DNA of 64,000 bases, taken from Spironucleus salmonicida (Eukaryota). The stretch is taken from positions 62,001 through 126,000 of the forward strand of contig NC_090600.1 of the NCBI RefSeq assembly GCF_000497125.1. Direction: 5' to 3'. The notes below the pieces were generated by a model that was not told where the DNA came from, did no database searches, and saw nothing but the letters and a program-made list of their open reading frames with translations. Positions 54,791-64,000 of this stretch are shown in pieces. Position 1 is the first letter of the stretch. Every line of letters begins with the position of its first letter. Both the position numbers and the translations under genes were made by a program.

Positions 54791-55618
54791 AGACTATTTA
54801 ATAATAATATTTTTCTGATATTAATCCTAACTAGTTAAAACTATATTATCTTGTCATCAGAGTATAAAATCAACATTATCATCGATTTTAGTGTTATTTT
54901 TTCCATACTCATGAATTATACAAACAATTAATTTAGATTATACTACTAAAATAACATTAATCTAGGTCATTATTTATTCCAAATTATCTAAAAATTAACT
55001 ATTTAAACACCTAAAATTTAATCATTCTAATTTTGATTAATACTATTTTTATAAATAATAAAACATAGCGTTATAGCATATTCATGAAGCAATTGTAAGT
55101 TAAAGTATGATATCTGTTCAATAGTTTTATTGAATGACTCTATATCAAATATGATTAAATCTTACAGTTTTACATAAAAATGTATTTGATAAATTCTTTG
55201 AGTAATTTTAATAGTTTTATTTACATATATTTAAACCTTATAATTGCATTATACTAAATTTTTAGTTGCAATAAATGGTAAATATTTACTTCAATATAAA
55301 CAATAATGAATTTTTTGTAATTATAACTTTTAATTTAATCCGGATTTAGTCTGGAAAATAAAATTATTAATATTTACTAATATATTACATAATAGTTATT
55401 ATATAATTAGTGAATAACTAAATTTAACAACTTACTCTCAGTATTACAGCTTTAAGAGCAATTCTTCATTTTTAAGATGATGAGATTTAATAATTTAATA
55501 TTTATTATGAATACTACACCATATATGTTTATATTAGAATTTTAAAATAAACTACTAAAAAATTAATACATTTTATTGCATTAAAGAGTATACCTATAAA
55601 AAACATATTGGTTTAATA

Positions 55619-56608
55619 ATGACTGAACACTCAGATCATAAAGACTAAAGAAGTTTTTAATCTATGAACCAGGGGAATAATACAAAAGACAATACTAAAT
55701 AAAATACAGTACAAGCAGCAGCAGATCCTGATAACTGTTATTCATATTATTCAGAAGCCCCATCTGAATGCGCAGAATGTATTCGAGGTTATTTTTTGAA
55801 AGATAAAAATTGCGTTAAATGTACTGATCCATGCCTTACCTGTATGAATGCTATTAATTGTGAAAGTTGTGTAAGAACACATGAAATGAAAAATGACAAA
55901 TGTATAGAAAAGTAAGGATGGTTTAATGAATGTGACCAATAAAATTCATGTAAACTTGGGACATATTGCTAAAAAACTAAAAGCGGTAATAGATGTATTG
56001 GATGCATATCACCTTGTTTAACTTGTAAGAACTAAAATTAATGTTTATCTTGTGCAGATACTCATGAAATGAACACTGATCAAAGTTGTACGTTAAAATG
56101 TAAATCTAAAAAATTGGATAACGCGTGTATAAGCAATCGTTAAGTTATATGTGGAAGTCCAGAATAAAAAACTGCATGTGTATGTGGATATTACAATAAA
56201 AACTGTTTGACTTGTTAATAATATATACCTGTAGTACCAGAACCAGGTATATGCACTGATAAATTGTGTAAATGTGATCCTAATGCAATTGAGATTTGTA
56301 CAGGATGTATTGGTATGGATTACTACCTCTAGAAAAATAAATGTGTGGCAGTCATAGGGCCATACTCTTGCAAAACATGTCTTCCTGGTTATTAATTAAA
56401 TAATGGTTCTTGTAATTTTTGTTTAGATGGATATTAAAACATTGGAGATTTTTGTTTCTTAAACTAAGTCGAGGAGGATGAAGAACAAATTGTACCTAAT
56501 AATATTTCTGTTGGAATTATAACTGGGATTGTCATTACAATAATTATAGTTGTTACAGGAGTTGCAGCCACTATCACATATTAAATTATTAGAAAATTAA
56601 AAAAGTGA
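55619..56608 (+). CDS. cysteine-rich membrane protein (furin-like CxxC repeats), 329 aa
   Basis: CxxC repeats; TM ISVGIITGIVITIIIVVTGVAATITY; tail RKLKK*. Confidence 0.88.
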
Positions 56609-56733
56609 TAGATACTAAATATTTATAATAACTATTTAGCTATTTTAAAATTGAAATAGTAAGAATAAAGAACTTAATGCGATATAAGTCTATTTTAAGC
56701 CTTAATATAATATTCAGAAATAAAAATAAGCAA

Positions 56734-58611
56734 TCATTAGTCGGAACCTATAGGCTGAAAAGCCTCTGCACTAACAATTCTTTGCACGGTGGGGGCTGTT
56801 ATAATATTTTCTATTACCTATTACCAAGGAAATACTAGTTACTTCCAACAGCTTCTTTCTTTTGGTTCTGACCAAACTTTTTTTGTTCTATCTAGCAAAT
56901 TTGCAACAGCTCTTGGAGTAGAAGGTGGTAATTTCATATCAGCAAATTCAGACTTAACTTCAGTTTGAATAAACTAAACCTCTTTTACAATATTAGTGAG
57001 ACCTGTAAATGAGAAGGGCTTGAAAAACTCATTATCTATAGAAGTTAAACATTCAAACAATGAAGTTCCTTAAATATGATCTGGATATACTCGAAAGCTA
57101 GATTTTGAATCAGATTCGAAAATATGGCAGTCTAAATCTATCTCATTGAGTCTAAATCCATTTTAATGATCTTTTTTAATCTAATAATAATCTCCTTTAT
57201 TAATTTCTTCAAACAATGCAGGATAAGTACAAAAATCAGTAAATTTACCCATAAATATACAGTCAGGTTTTTATACAACAAATCCACATTATTAGAAAAA
57301 TAAATACTCAAGATAATTTTACCTACTTTCATGATATTATGCTATATATTAATATATTATCTCTTTTTTCTCAGCATCACCAAACCTATAATATAGCTAA
57401 GCCATTAACTTTTAACTGTAACTAAATTTATTACATAGAAATTCAATTCTTTCTTTAGTGAATATTTATTCTAGTATTTATATATTACTGCTTCTAACTA
57501 CTTAAAAACACTTCTCCCAGAACTCACAATTTGAGATCCCCCAACATTACCTAACAATTTCCATACTACTTTAGAATTTACCATGGGCAAGAAACCAACC
57601 TAATAAATAAAGAATAGTTGTTTCACGTTATTGATCAATCTTTTCAATTTAGTCACCTTCAACAATTGTTTTTTCGTCACTAAAAGTATTAAAAACTTCT
57701 CCTGCCATATCGCTTAGAACAATTTCAGCAACGTCACTTCTAAGACTATTTGTTAAAATCTCGCTAAGAACAATTTTTAGTAACTAACTCTCCTTTACCA
57801 TATTTCCTCGCTAAATAACACCAACTGCAATTTCACGCTTGGAACTTTCGTTCAAATTTGTAACCTCAATTTCGAACATTTTTTCGAGACTAGTTCTAGT
57901 AATAATTTATGCCAAATTCCTAATTGGCGTGAACTAAAATGATGCACAACGTAATGCTATATCAGCAGTGAGAATTTCGTTAAAATTTGTACGATATAGC
58001 GAAATTTCAAACTGATATTAAAATCTAGAAGCAATATAACGTTGTGGATATATCTCAGATTTAGCTTATGTTAGTTACTATTCTAAAGCAAAAATTTATT
58101 GAAATATATGAAGTTTTTGGTTCTTATTTGCAGTTTGCAACTAAGCATGTAATGTCTCATATTGACTTGTATATGAATTTGACTCTTCATCAATTTCGAG
58201 AGTTTGATCTCTTATATCAGTAGTGATTGGGCTTGAAAATGGAACAAGTTAATGTACCCTTAAAACAGCTTATTTAGCCTAATCAATTGAATCTTTGACA
58301 CGTGGTGATGCAGCAAATAGAAGAATTGATAGGTAACGCTCCCAGAGCGGTTTAGAAGCTGTAGATACACCATGCCGAGAAATTGCTTGGTTTAACTGAT
58401 TTTAAAATATTAAAAGTGGTTGGAAGAGAGGGTCTTCCTTCTAAAGAGTGTAGTTTGTAGTGGATAGAATTTAACCAGACACTGCACGGTCAAAATCGCG
58501 AGCCAATTCTTCGGGGAGTTCTTTTTGCATCTAAAATTATAGCATATTGAAGTAGTCGAGAACTTCAGATATAGCATCTGGATTGAATGATGGGAACTGC
58601 TTATTCGACAT
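56734..58611 (-). CDS. hypothetical protein, 625 aa
   Basis: MSNKQFPSFNPDAISEVLDYF...; frame checked to TGA 56734; TTCCAC upstream. Confidence 0.8.
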
Positions 58612-58673
58612 TTGTGGAATGGTAAACTTAATATTTATATATTTATATAATATTCGAATCATTATAGACGAAA

Positions 58674-59681
58674 ATGGAATGTTATAGAAGATTAAGAATT
58701 GGAAAGAATTTGAATAGAAAAATGTATAAATAGTCATATAGCATATTCAATGTTAAAAATTTAGATATAACATAGTAAATTAATTAATTATTATTATTTA
58801 CTAAAATACTACAAGGTGATAATTTCTTAGATAAACTACTTATAATTGAACATCTCAACACAGAAACAACATCATATTCAATAGAAAATTAGCTTATTTT
58901 CTGTAAAGTGCTATTTGCCCTAACTGTATAATCCGATTTGTCATATACATCAGTAAAAATAACTAAATAAGCAATATAATATTTCAAATTTAGCCCTGAT
59001 ACTACTATATAGTATATAGGAAATATTATTTCAGATGATGCTTCATTTATATTAGAGTTTGAACAGGAAATAGATGAATATTTAAGAAAATTCGATCCAG
59101 ATCTTTAATATTTTTCTATTTATACATGGTTTGCATAAATATTTGCCCGTGTGACCCAAAACAATGTTCTCTAATATCAAATTGAAAAAATTTATTAGGG
59201 ATTGATGTAAAATATTCAATTAGCTGATGATGGGGAGATGTTAAATAATTTAACGTTTTTCTTTATTTATGTTACAAGAGGAAAACAATCGTACAATATA
59301 GATTATTAATTTTTTAAGACCATGACTACTCTATCTGCAAAAGCTAGTATTGAAGAATCGTTGCTCAAGAAGTCGTTCGACAATAATCCAGAATTTGCTT
59401 AAGAATATTTGAACACAGAAGAAAATAAGCCTTATTTAACACTTTGTATTCAATAAGATAATATTGATTATATATATAATCTACTCGATTCTAATTAATA
59501 CTATGATAACTATGATGCTATTCAGTGTATTTTAGCTAATAAATTATAAATAAATGAACTTTATTAAGGAAAATTAATGTTATTTCTTAATACTATAAAA
59601 TTAGAAGACGAAGAGCTTTATTAGGAGTATAAGTAGTAACTAGACTACCTACCTTTAATAAAATTTTTACCTGATATTTGA
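58674..59681 (+). CDS. hypothetical helical protein, about 335 aa
   Basis: Open frame to TGA 59679-59681; start could instead be 58722. Confidence 0.65.
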
Positions 59682-59746
59682 TGTGAATGTATACAAAATA
59701 ATATAAATATAAATATAATATTGATAACATAACTACTCAAAATATA

Positions 59747-60952
59747 ATGAAGTGCCTTGCTCCTATGGTTGAAGGGTCAGAATATCCTTTTAGACAGCTG
59801 GTATCACATTTCGGAGTAACACATTTCTGGAGCCCAATGTATAACGTAACCATGCTTAAAAGTAATGAAAAATAAATTTAATAAATTATTAGAACAATTA
59901 AGTAGGAGAATAGAAATATCATAGTTTAGTTAGCTGGAAATAATCCAAATGACTTTGAAGAAATTATTGCCAAGCTGAAGGTGGTAAAGAATATAGAATA
60001 TTTTGATTTAAATTTAGGTTGTGCTTAGGTATGTGCATAAAGAGGGAATTTCGGTTCATATCTTATGGAAGAACGGGATATAATTTAAAAAATACTATAA
60101 GTTTATTCTAATAATCAAGTATAAATTTCAGTTAAAACTCGAATTTTTAGTAGTATAGATAAAACTAAAGATTTTATCGAATTTTTAATAAAAAATAACG
60201 TAACAATGATCACCTTGCATGGAAGACTTAGTAAATTAAAATTAGGATGCTTTTCTGGTGATGCATTAATGTAAGATACGGTAACGCTGTTAAAGGATAT
60301 GTAAAAAAAGTATGTCTACGTCAAATTTATATATAATGGTGGGATTTATTCATATAATCAAGTGGAACATTTAAATTAAATGGGAATTGGAGCTATGAGT
60401 GCATAAATTATATTATAAAATCCAATGCTTATGACTCCTTAGGAAAGTTTTCCTATATTAGATTAATATTGGTATGATAAATTTGAGCAGTTTAATCTAG
60501 ACTAAAATATACTATAAGACATAAAGTATAACGAAATCCAAAGTTTTGACATTACAAATTTATATCTGTCTGTATCAAATGATAAATAAAATCTTGTTAT
60601 AAAAAAACAGGTAGTTCCCATGTTATTTGATACAAAATAGTAACGTATCAATAGAATTAAAGCATGTTACTTATTCTGCCATTATTGTGAATATGCATCG
60701 CAAAATAACTTAGAAGTTACTATTAGTTGTGTCTTATCTATCTCTATGTCATTATTTGGGCGAGATTTTCTTAAATATCAAACAGATTTACGAGATCAAA
60801 TTGTCTAAAAGGACTATTCACATATTACAGACCACGAGAGAATTATGAAAAGATGTTAAATAATTAAAACAATTTGTTAAGAAGCTGTTAAAAGGTTAAT
60901 GGACAATAAAGGGTTTTAAAAACATAATTATTAAAAAATAGATGAAAAGTGA
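59747..60952 (+). CDS. DUS1: tRNA-dihydrouridine synthase (DUS1-like), 401 aa
   Basis: LAPMV...FR, VQLAGN, DLNLGCAQVCAQRGNFGSYLM, SVKTRI, ITLHGR, YNGGI. Confidence 0.88.
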
Positions 60953-60955
60953 CTG

Positions 60956-62896
60956 TCAATTATCTTATAAAATAATTTATTTGCAGGTTACTTCAATATT
61001 AGTAACAAGTTTACTTTCCTAAACGAACTTTATATCTTTCCATATTAATTTAAAAGATGATGTTCCTTAGGGGAAGTAATACATCATATTTTCAGGATGT
61101 GGAAATAATTCTTATTAAGCTTTTAATAATTTCCCACAATAACCATCACAAATTATCGAAACATAACCCATTGTCATGTCCTTGATGAGGGCGGTAACGA
61201 GATCGGTCGAGTGCTCCATGGTAGGGGAAGTGTTGACCTCTAGACACCACACCTGTAAATCTGCATCTAAAATAAAATCGTAACCGAACATTTCAAAGCC
61301 ATTTTGCTCTCCAAACCGGAAGCGGGCTGCATGGATGGTTGCCAGGACGATACGTGCCATGTCGTACATAATGCGGTCTCCGAGCGAGTCGAATTTTTTT
61401 GCAGAATCATATTTAGATGTCAATAGTTCAGGATGTGATGTAAAGTCGTAAATACCAGCCAGATACTCACACATCTAAGAAAAATGCCACATGTTGCCAT
61501 CGATACTAGCACCAAATGACTCTGCATGCCGTTGGACGGAATTATTGGATAGATGTATAAACGGATTATTTAGATCAGTATTTGAATATTTTGCTGAGCA
61601 GAAGCGCAAGTATGGGCGAGTCCACTACCATATTACCAGAGGGTTTACAGAAGAAACTAACACCCACTACCGGATATCAAACTTGTAGCCATGTATCAAT
61701 AACGGTCGTTCAACGTACTTCTGAATAATATATTTGTCATCCTTGTCGATTAGATCCTCATCTGGAAGGGCCTCTAATTAGTCACAATCTAACGTCAAAA
61801 GCTATCGCAGGTTATCGCTAGCAAAAATACCTCTCCCCCGTGACTTACCGCTTGGCTTGCAGATCCATATATTATTGAAATCGTTCAGCATCGATTATTG
61901 AAAATTTTTTTAAAAGTTAGCAATTAAAAATGTATATTCTCTTTTAATTATGTCTTTTGGTAAAATAATTATTCTACTTAAATATATCTCCTAATTTTCT
62001 ATTTAATTGATAGATAAATCAAGATTCTTATCATAATATGATGGAAACTGAGTCATAGGATAATCCTTAGGTATATTTATAATAACTACTTAAGTAAAAT
62101 CTTTATCACATGTATCAAAATAATCTGATTAAATAGGAAAATCATCAATTAACCTAGGATTTAACCAAGCTCGCAAAATAATAAAGGAACATTAAACCTA
62201 GTAAGTGAAACTTTCTATATTAAATTCTAATTCATTGCAGTTACGAAGAATTTTAATAGCTTCTAGTAATGTATATTAGCGTAAAAACTCAAAACTCTCA
62301 TCATTTTTATCAAAAATCATTGTTTTTTGTAATGGTTATACCTTAAAACTTATTGGAAAAAACTATTACCAATCTATATCCACCTCAGCATTTCTTAATG
62401 TTTTTTGTAATAAACTTTTAACTGTTAACTAGTTATTTGATTTTATATGGTTTGCAAACTAAAATTATGTTAGTAATTAGAAATTTATGTCTATTGCTCT
62501 AACACAAAATCTTAAATTTACATTCATATCATTTATATTTAATGTAAATAAAAATCCACGTCTTTGTAGTTCATATTTAATATCTATAAATTTTTCATCA
62601 ATATAAGCGATATTTTATACCTAAGTCATGAAATTTTCACGAAACTCTTACACAGAATTCTATTTGGCTTATTTTAGCAACTAAATAAATGGAATATTTT
62701 ATGTTTCATATAATAATTTATCACATTACGATTTCATTTTTCTTTCAAATAGGCGAATAGCTTCCATTGAAAAATATCCTAATAATTATATGGCAATTTC
62801 ATTATTTTATGGAATCATAAAAATATCCTATTTGAAAATACGATTTTATTTTGTTGGACTTTAAAGTGTTGCTGATAGCTACGGAAATTTAATCAT
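60956..62896 (-). CDS. TTLL3: tubulin glycylase, TTLL3/8-like, 646 aa
   Basis: [58 protein letters not shown]. Confidence 0.9.
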
Positions 62897-63027
62897 TTTA
62901 ATATGTGGTAATTTAATCAATTACTTATTTTAATGCACTAAATCTACTGTTTTATTTAATGTATTTTTTTAGGTCATTACAAATTTTTGTTATAAATTTT
63001 TTATATCTAATAGTATATATTTTTAAA

Positions 63028-64000
63028 ATGAGCATAACACGGATAAAATCATAGGTTAATTTACCTATGATTAAAATAGCTTAGCCTAAGAAAAATTTAC
63101 ATAAATAACCAAAAAGTTGTCGAAGCGAATCTGCATATCCAGTTACATAATTTTCCTCAAATTTTATACCAACTTTTTAAGGATTTCATTATTATCCTCG
63201 TGATACTTCAAAAATAACCTAAAATAAAGATAGAAACCTTTTAGTGACTTAAAAATCCTTTTCTCGTACCTAAAAGCAAAAATTTTAAAATATGCCTGAA
63301 AGTCTAGATTATCGGCAATATGCATAAAATTTTTTTATGATCCCATTAAAAGGATTGAACTTTATTTATCCAAAAGAAGTCTTATTCTTAACAAAGAAAT
63401 TTGAGAGGAAAATAAAAATATCAACCTAATAAATACTTTAACTAAAAGCATTAGAAAATAACTTATATATTTAATTCAAAACAGAAGCTAAAGAAACTTC
63501 TTCATTTTTTACATAATTTTTCAATAAAGTTGTGCCAAATATAGCTATTTTTAATGGAGCCTTTCCAACTTTCCGCGAGGAGTTTGCTAAGCGGGGTTTT
63601 ATAATAAATCCAGATTTAGAATCTGAGTGTTTCAATGTAAAATTCGTAGTTAAAATTGCGGATGCAAAATGGGATAATTTATATCCATTTTAGTATATTA
63701 ACCATATTCAAGGAATGATCTACTTATCTATTAAAGGAATGATTATAGAAACTTTAAAAACAGAGGTTGATATTGAAGCAACGGACTATTTTCCTCTGGC
63801 ATATCGAGTACTTACAGATGCAGGGGGAAAAGGTAGAATTTAACCAGGTAATAATGATGATACGTTAAATTTTTTTGATGATTATATAAATTTGGAGGCA
63901 TGTAAGAAAGTGAAAAGATTTATTGAAATAATTTGCGATTAGTAAATTGTAAAGTAGTAAAAAGAATGGAATGAATATGTTTAAGAAAAAGAGAAAACAA
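63028..64000 (+). CDS. second TTLL3-like glycylase, 5' part (runs off window)
   Basis: FREEFAKRGF, FQYINHIQG..YLSIKG, YFPLAY, FFDDY parallel the N-terminal region of the adjacent TTLL gene. Confidence 0.75.

Noticed and set aside
1-64000. Supplied six-frame ORFs as genes, or the window as a pseudogene field
   Set aside because: They were computed with TAA/TAG as stops; most are fragments or shadows of longer code-6 genes.

Overview
Gene-dense, AT-rich eukaryotic DNA using the non-standard nuclear code 6 (TAA/TAG = Gln, TGA the only stop). The supplied standard-code ORF track is therefore fragmentary, and I re-read all genes by hand in code 6; coordinates and family calls are unverified by software. 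The code, tiny intergenic gaps, lack of recognisable introns, AGTGA at stop codons and Cys-rich membrane proteins with KKxKK tails point to a hexamitid diplomonad, most like Spironucleus salmonicida. About 50 genes are readable. They include bacterial-type Fe-alcohol dehydrogenase and peptidase T, a DEAH helicase, a Na+/H+ exchanger, an LPCAT-like acyltransferase, DRC1, TTC25, UTP13, DUS1, two head-to-head TTLL3-like glycylases, and a cysteine-rich membrane protein (CRMP) cluster with a 1176-bp tandem repeat and decayed copies. Most notable: (1) repeated C-rich to G-rich skew inversions at GC-rich islands that ignore gene orientation; (2) chimeric CRMPs joined at the TM-coding segment; (3) a CDC14 with catalytic Cys replaced by Ser and a DHHC-like protein lacking DHHC; (4) a fimbrin actin-binding domain fused to a long helical region; (5) an EGF-repeat gene with one in-frame TGA; (6) an OSCA/TMEM63-like gene split by two same-direction frameshifts; (7) several tiny MG(x)C-type proteins.
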